A stretch of 63,442 nt of DNA, the filler included, from Octopus bimaculoides (taxonomy: Eukaryota), in NCBI RefSeq assembly GCF_001194135.2. It is 6 parts of 6 records of this genome, joined end to end, with 100 filler letters (N's around TTAATTAATTAA, not from the genome) between each part and the next. Parts side by side here need not be neighbours in the genome. Positions count along the whole stretch, not along the records: positions 1 to 14,990 come from NC_068994.1; positions 15,091 to 43,560 come from NC_068997.1; 4 more parts are not named here. One strand, given 5' to 3'. Shown here in pieces: positions 12,531-24,300 of the stretch. Position 1 is the stretch's first letter; each line of letters begins with the position of its first letter. Position numbers and translations under genes: made by a program. The notes below the pieces were generated by a model that was given only the letters and a program-made list of their open reading frames with translations, searched no databases and had not been told where the DNA came from.

Positions 12531-14164
12531 CATATATACAGGTACATATGCACTCACGCGCACACTCACACTGACAAATACACACTAAAACAGACAAAAA
12601 ATACGACACAAATACAAACACACACTGTTACACACACACACACGCACAAACATGCACAAGCTCACATACACTCGCACAGACACACACACACACACACACA
12701 CACACACTCAAACATCGCGCATGCGCACACACATCCACAAATGCTCGTAATTTCACTCAGATACATACATCAACGCAGACATACACAGACAAACGTACAC
12801 AGACAAATATGCATGCTCACACAAACAATGACGCGAATACAAACACGCAGAGATTTACGTAAACACACACACGCAGACTCCCCCACCCACAAAAAAAATA
12901 CAAACGTATAATATATATATATAGGAATATAGACAATTTGGCGGCGTTTTAATTAATTCGAATATTCGTCATTAATATATGCATGCACATTCGTGTATTT
13001 CTAAATATTTATGCATCAACACAGTCGTACGCGTAGCTATCTGTCTGTCTGTCAGCTTCTTGGTTGTCTGTCTGTCCCTCTCTTTGTCTCTCTGCCCGTC
13101 TGTCCCTTTCTCTCTCTCTCGCTCTCTCTCTCTCCCCCTCTGCTTGGACACAGATGTGTGTGCCTGCGTGTGTATGTACGTGTGTGTACGTATATATATA
13201 AGCTTTCACAAGGAAAAGGTTTATAATGATTTTGAAGTTTCGGCGTGCTGGCCTTCATCAAACTGATGAAGGCGAACAAGGCGACGGGAGTAATTCGTAA
13301 CATTTTCTCAAAGCTTATTGCTGCCTTTGTTTCAGTGATTAGATTGTTGCCATACTGGAGCACCGCCGTGAAGATCGATCTCAGTACTTATTTTTGAAGC
13401 CTGGTTCAGTTTTTCTTTACTGCACTGCTAAATTACGGGTATGTTAGCAAACCAATACCGCTCATCAAAGGGGCTGTAAACACAGACATAATCACGCACA
13501 CACATATGTATACATGTCTGGCTTCCAGAGTTCCCATACATACATACATACATACATACATACATACAAAAATAACCTGTTGTTAATGTTGAAATTCCAA
13601 TGCAGTAGCCTTGGATCTAGGTTAGAACCCGGTTCTTTTTCTATTTGCAAGAATTCTTGAAATAAACTGAATAATGACATACATACATACATACATGCAT
13701 GCATGCATGCATGTATACATACATACACATACATGCATACATACGGCAATGGCCGTTTGGTTGTCAGTGACAAAATTGTGGTATTGGGTGAGGCGCAATT
13801 CGCAGAGAAGGAGCAGGTCGCAAATTCTGATCGCGATAAACCTGCCGCAAGGCTTCTTACTGTTTATAACAGTGAAAGCAGCCAACGCTTATAACTGACA
13901 ATTATCGAACCAACAACTATATACAGCAAGCATTGCCACAACCACCATCACCACCACCACCACCACCACCACNNNNNNNNNNNNNNNNNNNNNNNNNNNN
14001 NNNNNNNNNNNNNNNNNNNNNNNNNNNNNNNNNNNNNNNNNNNNNNNNNNNNNNNNNNNNNNNNNNNNNNNNNNNNNNNNNNNNNNNNNNNNNNNNNNNN
14101 NNNNNNNNNNNNNCACCACCACCACTACTACCACCACTACTACCACCACTACTACCACAGAATT

Positions 14165-14920
14165 CAGTCTTGTCTAAGACATTCTAAGCCCACCGAATTT
14201 GTTCTGTTGGAAGAAGTTAGTCAGTAGCTTGCTCCCCGTATCTGAGGAGAGGCACCTGGAGCACATACTCAGCAACGACCTCGGTGCCCTACGGAAAAGG
14301 GCGCTACCTATGACACCATGCATAGCTTTCCAAGGTCCTAACGGATACCAGTTGCAGTGAAATTAGTCTTGGCAAGTGCCACTGCCCATTGAAAAAACAT
14401 TATTTTCGTCAAGGCTGTGATGAAATTGACATCCGTTGTCAGGACCACCTTCTCTGGCCTAACAGCAAAGGCATAAGACTATGAGCTGAAAACTGAGTTG
14501 AGGAAGTAGTTGAAGGTCCCACAAGCTGTCGCTTCAATATCTCTGATGCCAGACTTGAAAACATGACACTGATCTTCGAAGGGGCAAAGCAGGTAGTTTT
14601 ATCAAAACTGCCCAATCCCTAAGAAGACTATAATGAAAAGGCCGATGAAAAAGAGAGGAGAACATATACTGAGTTGGCGGAAGTATGCCGAAACAACGGA
14701 TGAATAGCAAGGTGTGATACAATATATGTGAGGTGCAGAGTTCCACGGGCTAGTCCCTGTGCAGAGCGCACGACATTATAGATGTCACAAAAGCCAGTAG
14801 GCAGAAAGCCGTCACGTTAGCTATCGAAACCGCAGAAATTGCCTGGTGGTGCTTTAGAGATGCCCAATGACCACAGGTAACATCATTGCTGATGGTGATA
14901 CCATATGAATCGTGAGCATA
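14165..14920 (+). mobile_element. Degenerate RLE-type non-LTR retrotransposon 3' fragment (HERO-like): zinc-knuckle region plus restriction-like endonuclease
   Basis: Pieces translate as RRG(T)..EHILSN...GRY, ELKTELRK.LKVPQAVASISL.PD, AKQVVLSKLPNP*ED.NEKADEKERRTYTELAEVCRNNG*.ARCD. These resemble the HERO-type LEHIL..C..AL..GRY / ELTVPWE..AHERK..KY.EL...C...GW pattern; many stops and frameshifts. Confidence 0.65.
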
Positions 14921-14932
14921 CGCACGCACGCA

Positions 14933-14990
<58 letters not shown>

Positions 14991-15034
14991 NNNNNNNNNN
15001 NNNNNNNNNNNNNNNNNNNNNNNNNNNNNNNNNN

Positions 15035-15046
15035 TTAATTAATTAA
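15035..15046. other. Artificial scaffolding linker TTAATTAATTAA inside ~100-nt N-gaps (also 43605, 50896, 59946, 62294)
   Basis: An identical 12-mer with stop codons in all six frames sits between runs of about 44 N at five positions. Confidence 0.9.
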
Positions 15047-15090
15047 NNNNNNNNNNNNNNNNNNNNNNNNNNNNNNNNNNNNNNNNNNNN

Positions 15091-15125
<35 letters not shown>

Positions 15126-15539
15126 CACACACACACACACATGCATATTTGGGTACAGGACGTCACCAAAACAAATGAATTCGATATACAAACAGTGAAA
15201 GAAACAAATGGAAAACAGAACAAGTAACATAAAGAACGACCCTTCATCAGTTATCAGCTGTTTATCTATCCTCATTTCAAGCATTGAATGGCAATATGAG
15301 TCTTCAAAGACAGTTGCTCCCATAAGTACCAAAATAAGATTTTGGATTTATGGAGAGTCAAAGATGGGAACAAAAACAGGACAGTGGAGACATACAAGGG
15401 AACCAAACGAAAACAAACATGGAGGGTTGTTAGACCAGAACGAGGGTAAAATAGGAAATGGTGGAGAAATATTTTCTTTGAAAAATGAAAAGATAGAATA
15501 CGTCCAGTCCTTAGAATGTCCTGGTGTAAGACTTGAGGC

Positions 15540-15850
15540 TCAAGTCATCATTCACAGCTGGTCTGATGGCCAAGTTTAGAAACCAGTTTCCTCATGGATG
15601 TGGTCCATTGAAATTTTGAACTTGAGGGTGTTGATGAAGTCCTGATTCTGCTTTTTGTGGCCCCACTGCTGCCAGACTTCCTCTGAATGCTGTTACCCAT
15701 GTCCTTTCTCTTCTTGACTTTATAAACTGTGCCTAAGAATACTCCAACTATGCTTGAGATCCTCTTCGGATTGACTTGTACAAGGACCAGATTACACACT
15801 CTTTGGCGTTTGTCTTCCTGTGCAGTCATATTCTCAAATCTTCCTGCAAA
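15540..15850 (-). mobile_element. Tc1/mariner-superfamily transposase N-terminal (HTH) fragment
   Basis: MTAQEDKRQRVCNLVLVQVNPKRISSIVGVFLGTVYKVKKRKDMGNSIQRKSGSSG resembles the first HTH and RK.GSG linker of ITm transposases; truncated. Confidence 0.55.
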
Positions 15851-16050
15851 AAAATGTCTATTATGAGCTTACAATGTATTCTTTGTTCTGCATTAGGTTT
15901 CATATCATATGGTATAGTGGTTGTTGGGAAATATTAGTGTAACTTGTAATGTAAGTTTTACTTCCTCATTCTGTATATAACACACACATACACACACATG
16001 ATATACAATGTGATATATTACTAATGTATACCTGTATGTTCTGTCCACAG

Positions 16051-16146
16051 GAAGAGCTGATAAAATGGTTGTTTCGTCAACACATGCTGTCCATAATAGG
16101 GCCACAGTTGAGCCATTTCCAGAACATCTTGAGAATGCAATGTTTG
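16051..16146 (+). CDS. msrA: Peptide methionine sulfoxide reductase A, first identified coding exon (G)RADKMVVSSTHAVHNRATVEPFPEHLENAMF(G)
   Basis: Acceptor ctgtccacag| at 16050 and donor G|gtaagc at 16147; phase 1-1, 96 nt. Translation resembles the metazoan MsrA N-terminal segment (human GRKEQTPVAAKHHVNGNRTVEPFPEGTQMAVFG) and joins in frame to the GMGCFWG exon. The internal ATG at 16065 has strong context (aaaATGG). Confidence 0.9.
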
Positions 16147-16239
16147 GTAAGCTCCAGAATATCTCTTCAGAATATCAATAATAATAATAATGATAATACA
16201 TCTTTGCTATCTACACGGCACTGAACACAACATATACAC

Positions 16240-16620
16240 AGTGTCAGTCTACACCCAGTATAACATCTACAGACAGTCACTGTATACCAAATGCAACATG
16301 AACTAAATGTTACTCTATACTCCACACCAACTGTCACACTCCATTCTGTGTAACCTTTCTAGAAAGTCACATTTTACTTTACAACATATCTGGATTTCCA
16401 CACTGTGCCCTTCACAAAATATTTAGATCTCCAACTACACCTCACACAACTTATCCAGATTTCCACACTATACCCTGCACAGTAAATGAAGTCTTCCACA
16501 TTGCACCCAAAACAAAATATTTAGATTTTCACACTCCACTCCACACAATATATCCAGACCTCTACTCAGCAACCTGCACAGTATATCAAGTTTTTAACAT
16601 TACACCCTACAGAACATGCC
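16240..16620. repeat. Degenerate ~35-bp minisatellite (acaacatatccagatttccacactg-like) just after an msrA exon
   Basis: Recurring atatc(c/t)(a/g)gatt(t)ccacact motifs. Confidence 0.55.
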
Positions 16621-17345
16621 CAGATGTCCCCACTGCATTCCACACAAAACAACACATCCAGACTTTACCATATGTTTCGCAGGTAAAGTAAGTATGTGTA
16701 TGTGTCTGTGTACATATATATATATATGCACACACATATATCCTATTTATACAATAATACCTCACTTTATGAGACCCCGAATTTACGAGTTTTACTTTAT
16801 AATATAGAAAGGTTAAACAGCCATACTGTGTATGTGTGGCAACATCACAACATGTAGCAACACTGGTTCTGATGTGTCTACACAGCTGCATGTAGCAACA
16901 GAATAAAATGATGACATAAAATTCAGATGTCTTATTTTGCATGTGCGCTTTATTGAGAGAGATTATTATAAGCTAATTCTCCATGCCACATATTTGAAAG
17001 GACTCCTAGAAACATTTCAATATTTGGATAAAGCCTTGGAAATTTTTCAAGCACAAAATTTTCTACTACCATAACAAATGCTTCTGCATGTTACCGAGAA
17101 ATTTATAGAGAGTGAAAAAGAGTTTCTTCTAAGCAAACAACTTTAAACTTGTTTTTTAAAAAGAAATCTACAAGTCTCTCTACAAGTGCTTGTGAATCGG
17201 CAATCACATCTACAAGCGATGGTCTGTGCGAGTCTAGTGTGAGAGAAAGTGATTCAGAAAACAATAATTTGAATTTAACGTATGATAGTGTCTCATAATG
17301 TGAGATTTCTATACATCTTAAATTTGCAGAAGAATTTGTGGTGAG

Positions 17346-17649
17346 GGCAGTTTAGCTTAACCCTTTCGTTACCGTATTTATTTTGAAATGCTCTGTGGTT
17401 CTTTCAATTAATTTTAAATATAACAAAGAATTTAGTAAAATAACTTGGTTATTATTAAGCTAGTGTTAGGAACATACATTGTGACTAAGGTTGGTGGAAG
17501 ATTTTTATTCAGAACTTATGAAAATAAGACATTTATACTACAGAGCCAGAGCCGGTTTCAGCCGGGATGGTACCAAAAGGGTTAATGGTTTAGAGCACTG
17601 CGACGTGTAATCACGGAGGTGTGAGTTCGAGTCTCATAGCTGGCCACCA
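17346..17649 (+). pseudogene. tRNA-like pseudogene (or isolated SINE head) split by the piggyBac MITE
   Basis: Removing the MITE gives GGCAGTTTAGCTTAATGGTTTAGAGCACTGCGACGTGTAATCACGGAGGTGTGAGTTCGAGTCTCATAGCTGGCCACCA, with A-box, D-arm, T-arm (gtgag-ttcgagt-ctcat), 3' CCA and a T6 run at 17654. The anticodon arm is non-canonical. Confidence 0.55.
17361..17581. mobile_element. piggyBac-type MITE, 221 bp, in an msrA intron
   Basis: TTAA at 17357-17360 and 17582-17585; TIRs ccctttcgttacc / ggtaccaaaaggg match at 11 of 13 positions. Confidence 0.85.
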
Positions 17650-18209
17650 ACACTTTTTTCTGCAAAATAGGGGTAGTTTATCCTGTTCAAAATAGGGGTA
17701 GTTTATCTTGCGTTTGAGAATTTAAAATCACTTCTTTAATAATGATAATATATTTCATATTATAAATGATCTTCACATTTTTTTTTATTTTGTCTAAAAT
17801 ATTCTTTAAATTCTGTTGTTATTTTATTGCCATTTATATACAAGTATTATAAATTTTATAAGTAAAATATTTTTCTGGGAATGAATTACAATTCATAACA
17901 TTGCTACTATGGGAAATTATCTCCCTGCTTTATGAGTTTTCACTTTATGAGTGGTCTCCAAGAACAAATTAACTCATGTATCAAGGCACTCTTGTATATC
18001 TTTTAATGTACATAATATAAAGATATGAGCTACTAATGGTTTCATGCTTTGGAGACATGGGTCTAGACAAGTTTCCATAACATACTTTGTGTCTCCAAGC
18101 AATCTTTAGGCTCTGATGAAACTATTAGTAGTTCGTATCTTTATACTCTGTGCATTAAATGATATTTTATCTCTCGTGTGTGTAATACAGAATCAAATCT
18201 TTGTTTTAG

Positions 18210-18274
18210 GTATGGGTTGTTTCTGGGGTGCTGAGAAAAGGTTCTGGAATGTGCCTGGTGTTTTTTCTACACAA
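18210..18274 (+). CDS. msrA: MsrA catalytic exon (G)[21 protein letters not shown]
   Basis: Acceptor ttgttttag| and donor caa|gtaagt; phase 1-0, 65 nt. Contains the GCFWG active-site motif with the catalytic Cys. Confidence 0.96.
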
Positions 18275-18706
18275 GTAAGTCATTGTTTAACATCCACTTT
18301 ACCATGCTTGCATGGGTCAGATGGAATTTATTGAGGTAGATGCCTTTCTTGTTGCCAAGCATCGCCTGTTACCAAGCAAGGTAATATTTTCTCATCACCA
18401 GACATGTTTTTCACAGAAGATTGGAGATGAATAACCTCCCTTGTATGATGATACTCGTTTGTTAGACAAAAATTTCAGAGTCTCAAGCAGTCGCCTTATG
18501 TCTCTGCAACAGGATAGTTATCAATACATGGATTGGTGGAGATGGAGTATATGTAATCTGGGTATACCCCCACTTTTAAATTTTGTTTTTTTTACGGAAT
18601 CCTATGTTTCAGACCATGGAAAATCCGATTCTGGAAAAAAATTTTCAAAAATCTCAATTTCAAAATTTCGATCCCCATCCCGGTTTTTATATAGATCCAC
18701 AGAGTA

Positions 18707-18759
18707 AACCTAACCCTAATTCAAACCGTAACCCTAACCCTAACCCTAACCCTAACCCT
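18707..18759 (+). repeat. Interstitial telomere-like (CCCTAA)n tract running into an N-gap, inside an msrA intron
   Basis: aaacctaaccctaattcaaaccgtaaccctaaccctaaccctaaccctaaccct then a gap of about 625 N. A short (TTAGGG)3 also occurs at 35141-35159. Confidence 0.8.
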
Positions 18760-19384
18760 NNNNNNNNNNNNNNNNNNNNNNNNNNNNNNNNNNNNNNNNN
18801 NNNNNNNNNNNNNNNNNNNNNNNNNNNNNNNNNNNNNNNNNNNNNNNNNNNNNNNNNNNNNNNNNNNNNNNNNNNNNNNNNNNNNNNNNNNNNNNNNNNN
18901 NNNNNNNNNNNNNNNNNNNNNNNNNNNNNNNNNNNNNNNNNNNNNNNNNNNNNNNNNNNNNNNNNNNNNNNNNNNNNNNNNNNNNNNNNNNNNNNNNNNN
19001 NNNNNNNNNNNNNNNNNNNNNNNNNNNNNNNNNNNNNNNNNNNNNNNNNNNNNNNNNNNNNNNNNNNNNNNNNNNNNNNNNNNNNNNNNNNNNNNNNNNN
19101 NNNNNNNNNNNNNNNNNNNNNNNNNNNNNNNNNNNNNNNNNNNNNNNNNNNNNNNNNNNNNNNNNNNNNNNNNNNNNNNNNNNNNNNNNNNNNNNNNNNN
19201 NNNNNNNNNNNNNNNNNNNNNNNNNNNNNNNNNNNNNNNNNNNNNNNNNNNNNNNNNNNNNNNNNNNNNNNNNNNNNNNNNNNNNNNNNNNNNNNNNNNN
19301 NNNNNNNNNNNNNNNNNNNNNNNNNNNNNNNNNNNNNNNNNNNNNNNNNNNNNNNNNNNNNNNNNNNNNNNNNNNNNNNNNNNN

Positions 19385-19770
19385 NTCTTTTACTTGTTTC
19401 AGTCATTTGACTGCGGCCATGCTGGAGCACCGCCTTTAGTCATGCAAATCGACCCCAGGACTTATTCTTTGTAAGCCTAGTACTTATTCTATCGGTCTCT
19501 TTTGCCGAACCGCTAAGTTACTGGGATGTAAACACACCAACATCGGTTGTCAAGCGATGTTGGGGGGACAAACACAGACACACAAACACACACACACACA
19601 CATATATACGACGAGCTTCTTTCAGTTTCTGTCTACCAAATCCTCTCACAAGGCTTTGGTCAGCCCAAGGCTAAAGTAGAAGACACTTGCCCAAGGTGCC
19701 ACGCAGTGGGACTGAACCCAGAATCATGTGGTTGGGAAGCAAGCTTCTTACCACACACCCACGCCTGTGC
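19385..19770 (-). mobile_element. SINE family AB, full-length, in an msrA intron
   Basis: Both halves contiguous with a short internal (CA)n(TA)n tract. Confidence 0.85.
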
Positions 19771-20538
19771 CTACATATACCTATGCATACATTCATACAT
19801 AAAAACTTGTATCATACTTGTATTTTAGTTACACACACACACACACACACATCCTAGAACTAGGTATGAATTATCAACGGAAAGGATTGAAAATTTATCA
19901 CAGATTTTGTACAAATTCAATTCTCTGAGGGACAATTAAAGGAGATATATTCTTTCCTCCTTATGCTTGTCTGACCAATAACTTACAAGACATTAGGGGG
20001 CCCATATCAAAACATATACAAGACCGACTTCAAGCCAGTGTTAAAGTAAATGTGCGCGAACACACACATATGCACAGAGCAGCAGCAGCACCACCACCAC
20101 CACCACCACCACCACCATCGCCATTTTACCATCCACTTTCTATGCTTACATGGGTTGGGCAAACAATGATTGAGAAAATACGAGACTGAAATAGGTACTT
20201 GAAGTACTTATTCTAAGTACTTGAAAACCCATTATGGCTACAGTTCATTGACTGAAACCATTAAATGAATAAAAGAAATACACATCCATTTATATATGTA
20301 TTCATATCTTCCTATTTTCACACACACACACACACACACACATGCACACACACATGCACACACATGTATACAGATTTGAAACTTATTCTGTTATGTAAGC
20401 GCACATATGCACACACATATATATTCAAATACTCATATAATTTTCTCTCTCTCTCTCTAAAAACACATACATGCATATATATATATATGTGTGTGTGTGT
20501 GCATGGCATGTGTGAATATGTGTGTGTTTGTATGTGGA

Positions 20539-20593
<55 letters not shown>

Positions 20594-20606
20594 ATGTATG
20601 TGTATA

Positions 20607-20645
<39 letters not shown>

Positions 20646-20703
20646 ATATATATATNNNNNNNNNNATTTCACCACCTGTGGCCTTGCATGTATAAAAATA
20701 TGT

Positions 20704-20746
<43 letters not shown>

Positions 20747-20823
20747 GTCAAATGTACAAAATTCCTCATCTCTTAAATATAGAACTGTATTATTCTAAAA
20801 TGAAGCAAAATTTTCTCCGACAG

Positions 20824-20952
20824 GTTGGATATTCTGGGGGTCATACAGAGAACCCAACATATAACGAAATTTGTTCAGGAAAAACAAATCATGCCGAAGT
20901 TGTACGTATGCAGTTCAATCCTAGTGAGGTGAAATACGTGGATTTACTCAAG
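20824..20952 (+). CDS. msrA: MsrA exon [43 protein letters not shown]
   Basis: Acceptor ccgacag| and donor aag|gtcagt; phase 0-0, 129 nt. Carries the NPTY and HAEVV motifs of MsrA. Confidence 0.96.
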
Positions 20953-21149
20953 GTCAGTAATTTGCTTTGGATCTTTCTTTCTCTCTTCCTTTCTTTTTAG
21001 GAGCCATGTCCACAGTGGTGGTCATGTCCAGCCACAATTCACTATTCTTTGTTTTCTGAAATAGTTCTTGATGTTTAATGCCTCTTTCTTACAACCTGTT
21101 TCTCAAGATTGACATTCATATCATCATCATCATCATCATCATCATCATT

Positions 21150-21365
21150 GTTTAACGTCCACTCTCCATGCTAGCATGGATTGGACGATTTGACTGAGGA
21201 CTGGTGAAACCAGAAGGCTGCACCAGGCTCCAATCTGATCTGGCAGAGTTTCTACAGCTGTATGCCCTTCCTAATGCCAAACACTCCGAGAGTGTAGTGG
21301 GTGCTTTTACGTGCCACCGGCACGAGGGGCAGTCAGGCGGGCACTGGCAACGGCCACGCTCAAAA
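21150..21365 (-). mobile_element. Non-autonomous retroposon, probably RTE-associated, next to an (ATC)n tract
   Basis: tgtttaacgtccactctccatgctagcatggattggacg...tgcccttcctaatgccaaacac. Shorter related pieces lie near 18330-18360 and 20115-20160. Family assignment is from memory of the pattern. Confidence 0.45.
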
Positions 21366-21664
21366 TGGTGTATTTTATGTGCCCTACTTACTTTTCCTTC
21401 CTCTCCTTCTTTTCCCTTCAATCTCTCCACTCATTGCAAAATTCTTCAGGCCTTCTTTCCTCATCACACACCCAAGAAATCCAGTTGTTTGGCCCTCATC
21501 TTATGAAGCAGTTTCCTATTTACCACAGCCTGGGGTCATCACTTAATTAATATCTGACTCCTCTTTGTCTTACTTTTCCATCTCTTCCTCCTCCCCCTCC
21601 CCAACTCTCTCTGCTTCTTATTTTTTGTTGCTTTTCATTATTGTCATTATTAGTTCTTTGCTTA

Positions 21665-21890
21665 AGGCAGTCAGCTGGCAGAATCGTTAGCATGCTGGAC
21701 AAAATGCTTAGTAGTATTTCACCCATCACTACGTTCTGAGTTCAAATTTTGCCGAGGTCAACTTTGCTTTTCATCCTTTCGGGATCGATGAAATAAGTAC
21801 CAGTGAAACACTGGGGTCAATGTAATCAACTGGTCCCTCCCTGAAAAATTTCAGGCCTTGTGCCTATAGCAGAATGGAAAAGGATTATTA
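21665..21890 (+). mobile_element. SINE family C in an msrA intron
   Basis: ggcagtcagctggcagaatcgttagcatg...gttctgagttcaaatttt...catcctttcgggatcgatgaaataagtaccag. Confidence 0.75.
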
Positions 21891-22409
21891 GCTCTTTGCT
21901 CTCCATGAGAAGGCACTTGGTTTAATGGCTAAAGGTGTTCAGATCACAATCGTAAGGTTGTGAGNNNNNNNNNNNNNNNNNNNNNNNNNNNNNNNNNNNN
22001 NNNNNNNNNNNNNNNNNNNNNNNNNNNNNNNNNNNNNNNNNNNNNNNNNNNNNNNNNNNNNNNNNNNNNNNNNNNNNNNNNNNNNNNNNNNNNNNNNNNN
22101 NNNNNNNNNNNNNNNNNNNNNNNNNNNNNNNNNNNNNNNNNNNNNNNNNNNNNNNNNNNNNNNNNNNNNNNNNNNNNNNNNNNNNNNNNNNNNNNNNNNN
22201 NNNNNNNNNNNNNNNNNNNNNNNNNNNNNNNNNNNNNNNNNNNNNNNNNNNNNNNNNNNNNNNNNNNNNNNNNNNNNNNNNNNNNNNNNNNNNNNNNNNN
22301 NNNNNNNNNNNNNNNNNNNNNNNNNNNNNNNNNNNNNNNNNNNNNNNNNNNNNNNNNNNNNNNNNNNNNGATTGTATCTGTAATTCAAATGTTATTGTGA
22401 TGTTTTTCA

Positions 22410-23150
22410 TTAGGGGTTGAAGTGTGAGCATGACTGAGGGATAAAGCCAGGGAATGAGTGTGCCTGTGGGCCAGAAAATGAAGTGTGTCCATGCCTGTGA
22501 ACTAGAGCATGGATTTGCAACATGCTTGCGAGATATAACCAGGAACATGAGTATGGCTGATGGCTGTGGGATTGAAACCAGTTCATGAACATGTCTATGG
22601 AATAGGGGCTGGTGTGGTGAGCAAGGCTATGTACCAGGTCACTGGTGCACAAGTGTGCTTGTGGACCAGATGCTGAAGTATTAGCATGACTCTGGGCCAG
22701 GGGTTAGTGCTCAAGTATGATTGTAGCCTAGAGGCTGAAGTATGAAAATGGTTCTGCAATAGAGGAAGGTACACAAGTGTGCCTGCGATCCAGAGGCTGA
22801 AGTATGAGCATGACTCGGGGCCAGGAACTGGTGCACAGATTTGTGTGGGCCAGAGTCTGAAGTATGAACATAGCTCTGAGTTAGGGGCTGGTGGGCAAGT
22901 GTGTTTGTGTGCTAGAGGCTGAAATATTAGCATGGCTCTGGGCCTGGGGCTAGTGCTCGTGTGTGCTTGTGAACTAGAGGCTGAAGTACGAACAAGGTTG
23001 TGCAACAGAGAAAGATACGCCAAGTGTGCTTGTGATGCAGAAGATGCTGAAGTATGGGCAGGACTCCGGCATGTTTATACTAGTACATGAGTACACTTAT
23101 GGGACAGAGGCTGGATTGTGAGTGTGCCAGGGAGCTTAGAGACTGGCGTA
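22410..23150. repeat. Diverged ~62-bp minisatellite in the last msrA intron
   Basis: The anchor ctgaa(g/a)ta recurs at 22673, 22735, 22797, 22857, 22919, 22981 and 23047. Confidence 0.8.
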
Positions 23151-24248
23151 CTCAGATTCTAACCTCTGACTCATGGGCAAGCTTATACTCCAACTTGTGG
23201 CTCACAAGTTGGGCCACAAATTGGGCCACAAGTTGAGCCTCAAGCATGAGCTTGAGGATGCCTTTCGACTAAAGAGTGAAAATGAACCTGTCTGTCTGTG
23301 GGGCCTGAAGCTGGATCATATGGCCATGGTACAGAAGGTGGATTCTGAGTACACCTTCAGTGAGCACAGCAATGAATTATTCAAGATTTGACATAGACCA
23401 CACGTGTATAGTGGAATGATAAACATTGCTGAACAATATTTAGATAACCCTAACAAGTCCCAGGGAGACAACTCGAAATTAACAGAACAAAGCAAAACAG
23501 GTTTTGAAATGACGTGATTCACAGCTCCCTTTTTATTATAAATATAAATCAGAAACGTAGTAAGGGGAAAAAAATAATCTGAGTTTTGGTAGTAAAGGAG
23601 ACAACTTGGAATAAGTTTCAGTTTTATTGTTTTCCTCAGCAAAATATAATCATTCATTTGCTTACCAGATTTATAAACAGACAGAAATGTATGCATACAT
23701 CAGGTATTTGATGTGCTGGGAGAATGCCTCAAATTTTATAAGTTCAGTTATATTAATTTAAAAATATAATCCAAAATTCACTTTACAGATAGTGTATCCT
23801 AGCAACAAACTATCGCAATAACAGCCAAACTATTTCTTGTTTGCTGAAAGAAACTTGACGTCTGCAGTAAAAGAGAATATTTAAAAGACCAGTGATAACA
23901 AATGAGAAACAGTTTATTTAGTTCTCAACTACAGTAAACTTAAGAAAATAACCACCACTTAAAACCTCTTAACTTTTTCTTCTTTAACTAGTTTCAAACA
24001 TTGTTAAAAAACATTAGCATTAACCCTCTCAGATCTGGGCTCCTGTGTCTGACTTTATCCTCCACTTGGTCTCCCAAGCAAGAAAATAAATGGTTGCATG
24101 TACAACTCAAGAGTAATGACTGCAGGCAAACTAATCACCAAAAGGTATCAGGAGAACAACAGTAATAGGTCTTTCTCTCAACTACCATAGTGGTCCATTG
24201 CAGACAAACTAATGGGCAGAATCACAAATAGAAAAAAATAGATTTGGA

Positions 24249-24298
<50 letters not shown>

Positions 24299-24300
<2 letters not shown>

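Noticed and set aside
13225-13272. Minus-strand hammerhead-like UUGAUGA-A-GGC..GCC-GAAAC overlapping a gccttcatca/tgatgaaggc hairpin
   Set aside because: The cleavage triplet region is broken (GAAACUUC) and stem I does not pair. At best a decayed remnant.
13740-13920. CpG-rich stretch open on both strands between microsatellites
   Set aside because: No recognisable motif in any frame; probably an unidentified TE fragment.
15035-15046. Recurrent TTAATTAATTAA (PacI-like, piggyBac-like) motif
   Set aside because: Always embedded in N-runs with the same geometry; it is a synthetic six-frame-stop gap linker.
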